A stretch of DNA of 64,000 bases, taken from the NCBI GenBank assembly GCA_963711835.1, contig CAVQFQ010000025.1:32001-96000 (forward strand), given 5' to 3'. The notes below the pieces were generated by a model. That model had not been told where the DNA came from, ran no database searches, and saw only the letters and a program-made list of their open reading frames with translations. A program made the translations under genes and the position numbers. Positions within the stretch are counted from its first letter, which is position 1. Every line of letters starts with the position of its first letter. Positions 20,238 through 29,834 of the stretch are shown here, piece after piece. The stretch comes from an uncultured delta proteobacterium. GTDB taxonomy: Bacteria > Desulfobacterota > RBG-13-43-22.

Positions 20238-21392
20238 ATGAACTTTGCCCTAACGGAAGAACAGAAAATGATCCAGGAAACGTGCCGGGATTTCGCCCGG
20301 ACGGAACTGGCCCCCCAGGCCGCCCGGCTGGATGAGACCAAAGACCGGACCATCCTCCTCAAAAATCTAAAAAAGATGGCCGAGTTGGGGCTGATGGGCA
20401 TGACTATTCCGGAGAACTATGGGGGGCCCCAGGTGGGGGTGGTGGCCTATAGCCTGGCCATGACCGAGATCGGGGCCGGCTGTGCCTCAACAGCGGTTAC
20501 CATGTCGGTTACCAATATGGTGGCGGAAGTTCTCCTGGAGTTCGGGACCGAAGAAGTAAAACGCAGGCACATCCCCCGGATCTGCTCCGGAGAGTATCCG
20601 GCCGGGGCCTTTGGACTTACGGAACCGGGGGCCGGCTCGGATCCGGCCGGGATGAGGACCACGGCCGTGCTGGACGGCAACGAATGGGTTCTGAACGGCC
20701 AGAAGATTTTTATTACCAGCGCCGAATACGCCGGTTTGGTCATTGCTTGGGCGGTTACCGATAAAAACGCCCCCAAAGGGCGGGGGATCAGCGCCTTTGT
20801 GGTCGAACAGGGGACGCCGGGCTATCTGGTTGGGGCTGATGAGAAGAAAATGGGACAAAAAGGCTCCAGCACCAATCAGTTGATTTTTGACAACTGCCGC
20901 ATCCCCAAGGAAAATCTGTTAGGATCGGCAGATGACGGCCTTCGGATCGCCTTGATGGAGCTGGCCGGAGGACGGATTGGGATCGGCTCCATGTCCGTTG
21001 GGATTGGGCGGGCAGCCATGGATTTTGCCCTGGACTACGCCAAAAACCGGGAGCAGTTCGGCCAACCTATTTCCGCTTTTCAGGCCATCCAATGGATGAT
21101 AGCCGATGCCTATACCGAGTTGGAGGCTGCCCAATTGCTGATCCTGCGGGCGGCTTTCCTGAAGGAAACCGGCAAGGGCTTTACACGTGAGGCGGCCATG
21201 GGAAAGGTTCTGGCTTCCGAAGCAGCCAACCGGGCCTGTTACAAGGCGGTTCAGATTCTGGGCGGCTACGGTTATACCGCCGACTATCCGGTGGAAAGAC
21301 TGGCCCGGGACGTTCGGGTGACCACGCTTTATGAGGGGACTTCCGAAATACAACGGCTGGTTATTGCCAGGGAATTGCTGGGAGCCAGTTAA
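20238..21392 (+). CDS. Short-chain acyl-CoA dehydrogenase, second paralogue
   Basis: LTEPGAGSD, GGYGY, LYEGTSE. Confidence 0.93.
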   Translation: MNFALTEEQKMIQETCRDFARTELAPQAARLDETKDRTILLKNLKKMAELGLMGMTIPENYGGPQVGVVAYSLAMTEIGAGCASTAVTMSVTNMVAEVLLEFGTEEVKRRHIPRICSGEYPAGAFGLTEPGAGSDPAGMRTTAVLDGNEWVLNGQKIFITSAEYAGLVIAWAVTDKNAPKGRGISAFVVEQGTPGYLVGADEKKMGQKGSSTNQLIFDNCRIPKENLLGSADDGLRIALMELAGGRIGIGSMSVGIGRAAMDFALDYAKNREQFGQPISAFQAIQWMIADAYTELEAAQLLILRAAFLKETGKGFTREAAMGKVLASEAANRACYKAVQILGGYGYTADYPVERLARDVRVTTLYEGTSEIQRLVIARELLGAS

Positions 21393-21929
21393 ATGACTGA
21401 TGCCCGTGTCAAAGGGATGATCCAGATCTATACCGGAACAGGAAAAGGCAAGACTACGGCAGCCCTGGGTTTGGCCATGCGGGCCATCGGATATGGCCAG
21501 AAGGTGTTCATTATTCAATTTATGAAAGGGGAGGAGAAGACAGGCGAGTTGCTGACTGCCGAAAAGCTATCCCCCTATCTGACCATCAAGCCCATGGGGA
21601 GGGAGGGTTTTATTGTTAAGGATCATATTGATCCCATCGATCTCCATTGGGCCCAGGAAGGGATGGATCTGGCCCGGGAAGTGATCAGAAACGGCGCCCA
21701 CGATATCCTGATTTTGGATGAAATCAACGTGGCCGTGTCTTTTGGATTGATCTCCGTCCAGGAGGTTTTGCAATTAATCAATAAAAAACCGCCCGGAATG
21801 GAATTGGTCCTAACCGGGAGATATGCCCCCGCCGAATTTTTGGAGAGGGCCGATTTGGTAACGGAAATGAAAAACATCAAGCATTATTACGAGAAGGGTG
21901 TTCCCCACCGGGAGAGTATCGAGCGTTAG
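21393..21929 (+). CDS. cobO: Cob(I)alamin adenosyltransferase (CobA/CobO/BtuR)
   Basis: YTGTGKGKTTAALG, LDEIN, LTGR, ADLVTEM. Confidence 0.93.
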   Translation: MTDARVKGMIQIYTGTGKGKTTAALGLAMRAIGYGQKVFIIQFMKGEEKTGELLTAEKLSPYLTIKPMGREGFIVKDHIDPIDLHWAQEGMDLAREVIRNGAHDILILDEINVAVSFGLISVQEVLQLINKKPPGMELVLTGRYAPAEFLERADLVTEMKNIKHYYEKGVPHRESIER

Positions 21930-21995
21930 GGAATTCAGGGCGGTCCTCCCGGACGGCCTTCCCCGGGTCCTTCCTGGGCTCCGGCATCTGCCATA

Positions 21996-22031
21996 GCGCC
22001 CATCCGGAAAGGATTGGTTCCGGATGGGCGC
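21996..22031. terminator. Hairpin between convergent cobO and the methyltransferase gene
   Basis: 14-bp perfect stem gcgcccatccggaa/ttccggatgggcgc. Confidence 0.65.
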
Positions 22032-22055
22032 CCGAAGGGCCTGGATTTTTTCTGC

Positions 22056-23079
22056 TTATTTAAAATAATCGTCCCGGGCCTTTTTGAGCTGCTGAATATT
22101 CTCCAGGGGGGACCGGGGGGCGATCCCGCAGCCCGGGCAAAGAAAATCCGTGCCGTTTTCGAGGGCCTGGATGGATTCCTTATAGACCTCCTCCGGTGTT
22201 CCGCTGAAGAGAGTGGTGGCCGTGGCTACATTTCCAAAGACTTTAACTCCGCTTTTGTGGGCGATCTCCACCGCCCGCTTTAGGTCCGCTTTTTCTTCGA
22301 TGCTAATCCCGACCGCTCCCGTGGCGCACATCAATTCGATAATCGGATCGGTATCGGCACAGACGTGTAAAACCACCGGCCCCTTGATGCTGCTGATGAT
22401 TTCCTTTTCCAAAGGTAAAACAAATTTTTCATAAATTTTTGGGCTGAGGAGGGCCGGACCGGAAGTGGGTTCGGCAAAGACATAGAAATCGGCCCCCAGG
22501 TCAAAGGCGAAATTGGCGGCCGCTATGGCGGCCTGTTTGGTGACTTCAAAGGTCTTCAGCAGGGCATCCGGTTTTTTAAAGACCCATTTCATGAAGAGCT
22601 CGGTCCCCACCAGGTTGGCGGCGCAGGTAAAGGCCCCCTCCGATTCGCCGAAGATAACCATCGTCTCTCCGACTCTTTCTTCGAGCAGCCTGAAATTTTC
22701 TTTATAAACCGGAAAACGACCCCGGCTTAAAAAGTCGGCCGGGAATGCCAAATTTTCAACGCCTTCGGCATAGGGGTGTTCCTTGATAAAATACTGGCGA
22801 TCGATCTCCGGCTTGCCCATGCCGCACCCCATAGCCTGGCTTAAAGGAATGATATCCCAGCCCATGGCCTTGACCCATTCAAAGTGCCCATAGACATGTC
22901 CCGCCATGGCCAACTCGGTCATGGCCTTCGGATCGTCATCCGCCAGGGGCCTCTCATAGCCGCATTTCTTCATAAAATCGACTACGCCATAGGTTGTTGT
23001 ACGAGCCTACCGGGGTCTTGTCGACCTCTTTCCCCTGCAGTTGGTTTAAAAACCTTTTTTTTAAACTCAATTCTTCCAT
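22056..23079 (-). CDS. MtaA/CmuA-family methylcobamide methyltransferase (apparent +1 frameshift near 23000)
   Basis: LHVCA and PGCGIAP Zn motifs; upstream frame MEELSLKKRFLNQLQGKEVDKTPVG with GGAGG RBS supplies the missing N-terminus. Confidence 0.85.
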
Positions 23080-23313
23080 CTTGGGCCTCCTTATATTTAA
23101 AAAAATGAATAATTTCCTTTTTAATTAGCTTAAACTAAAATACCACCGTTTTCAAATGATTTAATAACTCGACTATAAATTTCCTCTTTGCTATACTTCT
23201 TGTCCATCTCATTTGCATTGGGACCTCATCTGACGGATAATTTTCTGGTGTCCGGGTCTCACGTTATCGACATCTGACCAGACCCTCCATTTATTTGAGA
23301 AAGGTCTAAAACT

Positions 23314-23835
23314 ATGTACTTAGACTTACGGAGTGCCCTTGTCCGTGATGGCAACCGGGTCACTTTTTTTGGACTTCCCATTGCCTTGCATTGCCACCAC
23401 TACAATATTAATCTCCAAAAAACAGCGGAAGACATTTTGGGAGCGGAAGGGATTGAACTCCTCTTCCGGGCCGCTGAAGAGGCCAGCCATATGGGATTTA
23501 AAGCCATTTTAGGTTGGTATGATCGGATTAAGACCACAAAATCGAAATTGGAATTGGCCGCTTCGGTTTATCAAAACTGCGGATTAGGCGTTATCCATTT
23601 CCAACAAATAGATCCCAAGAAAGGTCGGGTAGTCAGTACCTCCAGTTATCATGTCACCGGATGGTTGGCCAAGCATGGCATTCGATCAACTCCGGGTTGC
23701 CATTTTTCCCGAGGCTGGATCGCTGGGGTTCTGGAAGTCATTTACGATCGACCCATTGGATATTTTGCTGTGAATGAGCGGGCCTGTAAGATGATGCGAA
23801 AAGAGAAATGTATTTTCGAGGTGAAGGAGCGTTAA
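23314..23835 (+). CDS. V4R (4-vinyl reductase) domain protein
   Basis: CGLG...PGCHFSRGWIAG...ERAC...CIFEV. Confidence 0.75.
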   Translation: MYLDLRSALVRDGNRVTFFGLPIALHCHHYNINLQKTAEDILGAEGIELLFRAAEEASHMGFKAILGWYDRIKTTKSKLELAASVYQNCGLGVIHFQQIDPKKGRVVSTSSYHVTGWLAKHGIRSTPGCHFSRGWIAGVLEVIYDRPIGYFAVNERACKMMRKEKCIFEVKER

Positions 23836-24435
23836 GTGGCCATTGATGGAAATAAAATAATTCAAGCTTTCATGGAAGGAAGTCGGATTCGGGATGAAAA
23901 GGGGATTATTCCTATCTTTGGGGTATATCTTTCCCTTTTTTTTGTCCAATATTATAATCGCCTTTCCTTTGATTTTGAAAGAAGGCTGGGTGAAGAGCGA
24001 CAAGCGGAGGCAGAAGCTTATCTGATTCAAGCCGCTCAAGAATGTGGCTATGCCACGTTTCATGGGCTACTCAATTCCTGGGAATGGGAAAACCTCGTTA
24101 AACCTATGATTGAGAAGGAAGAAGATAAGCTTCTTGGATTCACCGCTGTGGCTTTGGCTGCCGGGTGGGGTGATTTGAGCATAAGAAGCCTCATTCCTGG
24201 GGAAAAGCTCGTTGTCTATGTAAATGAATCCTATGAGGCCACAGGCTACCTCCAATCCCACGGTCGTGCCGGTTCAGGAAAATGTTTTATGCTTCGCGGG
24301 GTAACGGGAGCCTTTATGGATGTCCTCTACGGAGAAGACTATCCGGACGGCTGCTTCACATTTTTAGCAGAAGAGCCTCTCTGCCGGGCCAAGGGAGATG
24401 TTCATTGTGAGTTCGAAGTCCATAAAAAATCCTAA
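23836..24435 (+). CDS. V4R domain protein
   Basis: GWG...CFMLRG...EPLCRAKGDVHCEF. Confidence 0.75.
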   Translation: MAIDGNKIIQAFMEGSRIRDEKGIIPIFGVYLSLFFVQYYNRLSFDFERRLGEERQAEAEAYLIQAAQECGYATFHGLLNSWEWENLVKPMIEKEEDKLLGFTAVALAAGWGDLSIRSLIPGEKLVVYVNESYEATGYLQSHGRAGSGKCFMLRGVTGAFMDVLYGEDYPDGCFTFLAEEPLCRAKGDVHCEFEVHKKS

Positions 24436-26673
24436 AGGTTTTCAAAGGGAAGCCAACCTCGTTACCGGGCCAACTTGTTGGGAATACTTGGCCTGTTCCA
24501 AGGTGTTCTGTCCGGCATACGATAAAAGAAACCTGACCTGCTGGACCGTTTCTAAAACTCATTGCAGCGAAGAGGTCAGTGATGATTTCTTTAAAAAAAT
24601 AGCGGCCTGTGTGGTTTGCCCATACTTCAAAAAAATAGGTGACCAGGACCCAAGCGGATGGAATTATTTTCTGGCTGAGCAGATCCGCCAATATAATTTT
24701 AAGGCCTTGGGGCAGATCTATCAAAAGGAAGAAAGCTTTATCGAAATCTTGGATCGCATCCCCGATGGGCTTTTTACCATCGATCAGGAATGGAGGATCA
24801 CTTACTTTAATCCGGCGGCCGAAAAAATCACCGGTTTTTCAACCCACGATGCGGTAGGGATGTATTGCAAGGACGTTTTAAAAAACACGATTTGTGAGAC
24901 CGATTGTGCTCTGAAACGAGCTGTGGCTAACGGTACCTACACCTATCATCAGGAGCAGATGATAACCAATATTGAAGGGAAAAAGATTCCGATTATCTGT
25001 TCAACCTCCGTCTTTTTAGATAACGAAAGGCGAATTACCGGGGGCATTGAGATATTCAAAGATATTACGGAACTGAGAAATCTCCAGGAGGAAATTTTAA
25101 GAAGGGAAAGAAAGTACCGGCGCATCTTTGAAAGCAGTAATGACATGATTTATATTTCTAATCAGGGAGGCGCAATTCTGAATGTAAACCAGGCTGGGGT
25201 GGATATGCTCGGATACCGCAGCAAAGAGGAGTTGATGGGCATCAGATCGGTAAGACAACTGTACCGAAGTACCCGAGATCGTGATCTTTTCATGGAACGG
25301 ATCAATCGAGACGGGTACGTCAAAGATTTCGAAGTAGATTTGAAGCGGAAAGACAAATCGCTTGTCCATGTGCTCATTTCCAGCCGGCGCCATATAAATC
25401 CCGAAACAGAAGAAATCGAGTTCGAGGGAATTATTAAAGATATTACTCAGCGCAAAAAGGCAGAGCAAGCCCTCAAACAACGAAACCGGGATCTCTCCAT
25501 TCTCAATACGATTGCTTTGGGTTTGAATATTACCATGGATTTGGATCAACTCTTGAGAATGACTCTAAAAAATATTATTAAGATGCTGCGAATACAAAGC
25601 GGGGCCCTGTTTCTGATTGACCGGGAAAAGAAAAAGGTCTTGCTCCAAGGGGGATATGGATTACCCGTCCAGGAACCCGGGCGCCTGGGCGAAGTTTTCT
25701 TTAAGGATATCCCCTTGATGAATTTCCTTTTAGACGAGGATGGGAAGCTTCCACCAAAACCAAAGTTTCCTCCCTTTCAGGTAACTTACCCGGGAGAAGG
25801 TGGGAGGCCGGTTCCTTGGTTGTTTAGTTTTCTTATAACCTCACGGGGCAAATGCCTGGGATTCTTTGGCCTGGATCTTCCGCTCACAAAAATGCTAAGC
25901 CCCCATGAAGTGCATTTGCTCTCTTCTTTGGGCAATTTTTTAGGTGGAGCCATAGAAAATACTCAACTCGTTGAAACCATAAGGCGCCATCGACAAGAGC
26001 TGCGAAAACTAACTGAGAAGCTATTCCAGAGCCAGGAAGAGGAACGACGTCGTATCGCTCGGGAATTGCATGACGAAGCTGGCCAGGCCATGACGGGGAT
26101 TAAATTGGGGTTGGATAGGCTGGAAGGGGCTGTGCCGGATGATAACCAAATTCTTAAAGAAGAAATAGATCAAATCAGGAAGATGGTGACCCGCACTTCT
26201 TCGGAAATCAGACAGCTCTCCTATCGACTCCATCCTACGCTACTGAGCGACCTTGGCCTGGAGCCGGCTCTGGACCTCTATTTAAAGAGCGTGGCCAACC
26301 AGTCGAAAATGAACATCGACTTTCGCATGGTGGGATTTGACCACCGCCTGGACGCTGATATTGAAACCGTGCTCTATCGCTTCAGCCAAGAGGCCTTGAC
26401 CAACACGCTAAAACATTCCGGAGCGGAAAACTTTCACCTCTCAATCATCAAGGGGTCACCAAAAATTATTTTTTTAGCTGAGGATGATGGGATTGGATTC
26501 GATGGCCGGATCATAGGAAACAACAAGAGGAGTTTGGGGTTACTGGGTATGCGGGAGCGGGCTTCCCTTTTAGGAGGAACCTTCCAAATCCGAAGCCAAC
26601 CCATAACCAGGGTACCCGAATTCGTATTGAAATTCCCTTAAACGAGGTGCAGAGCCATGGCACAAACGATTAA
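24398..26673 (+). CDS. Sensor histidine kinase: Cys-rich CW domain, 2xPAS, GAF, HisKA_3 (frameshift near 26603; start uncertain)
   Basis: CWEYLAC..C..CW..C..CxxC; ERRRIARELHDEAGQ; DDGIGF; GLLGMRER; the alternative frame restores NQGTRIRIEIPL as in the paralogue. Confidence 0.88.
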
Positions 26674-27321
26674 AATTCTACTGGTTGACGACCATACCAT
26701 TGTCAGGCAGGGACTGGCTCGCTTATTGGAGGATCAACCTGGTTTTAAAGTGGTGGGGGAAGCGGTGAATGGTAGGATTGCCGTTGAAAAGGCACAATCA
26801 CTAAAACCGGATGTCATTATAATGGATATCGCCATGCCTTCTTTAAACGGCATTGAAGCCGCCAAAAGAATACGCAAGCTCCTCCCCAATACCAAGATAC
26901 TGATTCTATCCATGTATTCTCAAGAAAATTATATTCACGAACTTTTAGAAGCCGGGATATCGGGATATTTATTAAAAGACACCTCCAGCGGTCCTGATAT
27001 TGTTCATGCTATTGAAGCGGCCATGAAGGGTGAAACCTCCCTAAGCCCGTCCGTGTCCAAATTGTTGGTGGATCGGTATCTCTCACTCCGAAAAAGTTCT
27101 CCCAAGGAAGAACGCTTCAATCAGCTATCCGATCGGGAAAGGGAGGTCTTACAGCTCATTGCCGAGGGCATTCGACCAAAAAGATTGCCGATCTACTCTG
27201 TATCAGCATTAGCACGATTAAAACCCATCGGGCCAAGGTTATGGAAAAACTGGAATTGCGCACCACACCCCAATTAATATATTTTGCTATTCAGCTCGGT
27301 TTGGTTGAGCAGGAACTTTAG
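26657..27321 (+). CDS. NarL/FixJ-family response regulator (-1 frameshift near 27167)
   Basis: DDH, MDIAMP, LSDREREV; restoring one G gives GHSTKKIADLLCISISTIKTHR...EQEL*. Confidence 0.88.
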
Positions 27322-27367
27322 CCCCCCTCTTTCCTCTCCATCCTTCTCATCTCCAGAGATTATAAGG

Positions 27368-27449
27368 ATCATCCTTTTGTTGCCTAAGGATCATCTTTTT
27401 GTTGATTAAAAAACATCCTTTTGTTGATAAAAAACATCCCCAAGACGAT
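27368..27449 (+). promoter_or_regulatory. Four phased CATC-N5-GWYG boxes (putative response-regulator sites)
   Basis: CATC at 27370, 27392, 27414 and 27435 (22/22/21-bp spacing). Confidence 0.65.
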
Positions 27450-27574
27450 TTACCTTACGATCAAGTTTGTTGTATATTTGTTAAAATTCAAAAAGGTGAA
27501 CTGGCTGATTTCTTTTTTGTTGGGTCGATACAAACCATACCGATTAACCCTAATCCGAGGTCAGACAGAGAATT

Positions 27575-27920
27575 ATGAGCTTCCTGCTCAGGCCACAGCA
27601 CTCCCTAGGCAATCCTTTATACACAAAGTTGACCCTCCCGTGATGAGGCGCTGGAAGCGCTTCGAACGATTCTAAAAGAAGAAGAGATAAGCATACCTAT
27701 TGATTTGATTTTAATCCGGGATGAAGCTGAAGCTACAGCCAAGCATTTCCAGGGTTCTCCGACCATCCAGATCAATGGATTGGATTTGGAGCCTGAGGCC
27801 CGAGAGCACCCAAAGATCGGTATGGGTTGACGATTTTATATAGCGGAGGATGGACGATTCTCCAAGACCCCACCGGATTTCTTGGTCCGGGAGCAATTGA
27901 GGATATTGCTCAATGAATAA
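27575..27920 (+). CDS. Putative two-Sec thioredoxin-fold selenoprotein (DF/DUF2703-like), +1 frameshift near 27608
   Basis: ILYTQS-U-PSRDEALEALR...FQGSPTIQINGLDL...GMG-U-RFY; TGA at 27630 and 27828, each followed by a 7-bp-stem hairpin. Confidence 0.75.
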
Positions 27921-27958
27921 AAAGAACTAATTGATATTAATTCGAAAGGAGTGACTTC

Positions 27959-29005
27959 ATGTCGGTCTTCAACTCAAGAGAAAGAGTCCTTCGACTTTTT
28001 CGTCGTGAACCGTTGGATACCATGCCCGTGTTTAGTGGGATGGGTATGGTTACTATCCAGGCTATTCGTAAGATGGGGATCCCTTTTCCCCAGGTCCATA
28101 AATCGGCGGAATACATGGCCCGGGCGGCCTTGACTTCGGCTGAAATCTTCGGTTTTGATGCCGTGGTTATCCCTTATGATATGTGTACCGTTCCCGAAGC
28201 CCTGGGCCGTGGGGTGAGCCTTTATGAGGACTCTGAGGATATCCTTTACCCTACCGTTCCAACCAAATGGGAAAGCCTGGAGGCAGTGGAAATTCCCCCG
28301 AATTATCTTTCTTTGGGTCGGATGCCTTTGGTGGACAAGGCATTCGGTCTTTTAAAGGCCCAGTCGGATCAGGGGTTGGCCATCGGGGGATGGGTCTTGG
28401 GACCTTTTACCATGGCCGGACAACTCCTGGAACTGGATTTTCTCTTAAAAGGAATTAGAAAGGATAAAGAACGTATCGAAGCTTTTCTGGCCACCATGAC
28501 TGATCTGGTGATTGAAGTAGCACGACATTATCAGGCCCTGGGACTTGATTATATCACGATCAGGGAAATGGGTTCAGGGACGGATCTCCTTTCCCCGCGT
28601 ATGTGGACGACCATCATTGAACCCAACCTAAAAAGGCTTTTTGCCGCTATCCAATCACCCAAGATTCTCCATATCTGCGGTTCCACCGACCTGATTATCG
28701 AAATGATGAATAACTGCGGGGCCGATGCCCTTAGTGTGGATCAGAAAAACAATTTAGCCTTATCTCGAAAAAAGTTGGGGAATGAAGTGCTGCTTTTAGG
28801 TAATTTCGATCCCTACCGTACTCTAGTGCATATGGACCCTTCTCAGGTGGAGTCGATTATTAAGAAGTGTATCGATGACGGTGCGGATGCGGTCTGGCCA
28901 GGATGTGACTTGTGGCCTGATGTGAATGAAGAAAATCTGAAAGTTGCTTTAAATACCATAAAGACTTATGGTCGCAAGCCGAGTCCCGCAGTCGGAAGGC
29001 TCTAA
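27959..29005 (+). CDS. MtaA/CmuA-family methyltransferase
   Basis: URO-D fold, GPFT, LHICG, PGCDLWP. Confidence 0.9.
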   Translation: MSVFNSRERVLRLFRREPLDTMPVFSGMGMVTIQAIRKMGIPFPQVHKSAEYMARAALTSAEIFGFDAVVIPYDMCTVPEALGRGVSLYEDSEDILYPTVPTKWESLEAVEIPPNYLSLGRMPLVDKAFGLLKAQSDQGLAIGGWVLGPFTMAGQLLELDFLLKGIRKDKERIEAFLATMTDLVIEVARHYQALGLDYITIREMGSGTDLLSPRMWTTIIEPNLKRLFAAIQSPKILHICGSTDLIIEMMNNCGADALSVDQKNNLALSRKKLGNEVLLLGNFDPYRTLVHMDPSQVESIIKKCIDDGADAVWPGCDLWPDVNEENLKVALNTIKTYGRKPSPAVGRL

Positions 29006-29030
29006 TAAATTTTATGAAAGGAGAAAAAAC

Positions 29031-29693
29031 ATGGCAAGCAAGGACGAATTGCACAAGGTCTTAAAGGAGGGAGTAATTAACTTTCAGGAAGAGGAAGTCA
29101 GGGAGGGGGCTCAAAAGATTCTGGCGGAAGGGTACGATCCTCTGGAAGCGGTCATGGATGGGCTCGCTGCCGGGATGCTGGTCGTGGGAGATCTTTATGA
29201 ACGCAACGAGTATTTCGTTCCCGAGGTGCTCATGTGCGCCGATGCCCTGTATGCCGGGTTGGACATTTTAAGACCCCATATCCCGAAAAAGGAAGGCAAT
29301 ATCAAGGGGCAGGTCGTTATCGGGACCGTTCAGGGGGATGTCCATGATATCGGTAAGAACCTAATTAAGATGATGTTTGATGTAAGCGGTTTCCAGGTTC
29401 ATGATCTGGGTCGGGATGTCCCCGTGGAGAAGTTCGTGGCGGAACAGATGCGCACCGATTCCGAAATCGTCGCCCTGTCGGCGATGATGAGTACAACCAT
29501 GCTGGGCATGAAAAAAGTAATCCAGATGATCAAGGAAAAAAATCCCAACGTAGCCATTATGCTGGGTGGGGCACCGGTTTCTCAGGATGTAACCAAGTTG
29601 TTCGGTGCGGATGGCTATGCCGAATCGGCAGGTAATGCCGTTGAAGAGGCCATAAAAATGATCGGCCGTCTCCGGGAACTTAAGAAGGCGTAA
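29031..29693 (+). CDS. Methyltransferase corrinoid protein
   Basis: EYFVPE, GDVHDIGKN, SAMM, GGAP. Confidence 0.93.
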   Translation: MASKDELHKVLKEGVINFQEEEVREGAQKILAEGYDPLEAVMDGLAAGMLVVGDLYERNEYFVPEVLMCADALYAGLDILRPHIPKKEGNIKGQVVIGTVQGDVHDIGKNLIKMMFDVSGFQVHDLGRDVPVEKFVAEQMRTDSEIVALSAMMSTTMLGMKKVIQMIKEKNPNVAIMLGGAPVSQDVTKLFGADGYAESAGNAVEEAIKMIGRLRELKKA

Positions 29694-29834
29694 AAAGGGC
29701 CTCCTGTAATTATCTCCTTTTTCATTCAGCCGAAGGCCGAAACCCAGTCGTTTGATATGGTTCGGGCTTCCGGCTTTCGCCGTAGTGACGGAATTTGTGA
29801 GTTGGGCAAGAGAATCCAATAAGGGAGGGAAAGT

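Noticed and set aside
27368-27449. Regularly spaced repeats as a mini-CRISPR
   Set aside because: 13-bp units with ~9-bp gaps are far too short, and there are no cas genes.
27606-27608. In-frame TAG before the two-Sec gene as possible pyrrolysine
   Set aside because: There is no in-frame start upstream (TGA at 27576), no pyl or MttB/MtmB genes are in the window, and a one-base indel explains it better.
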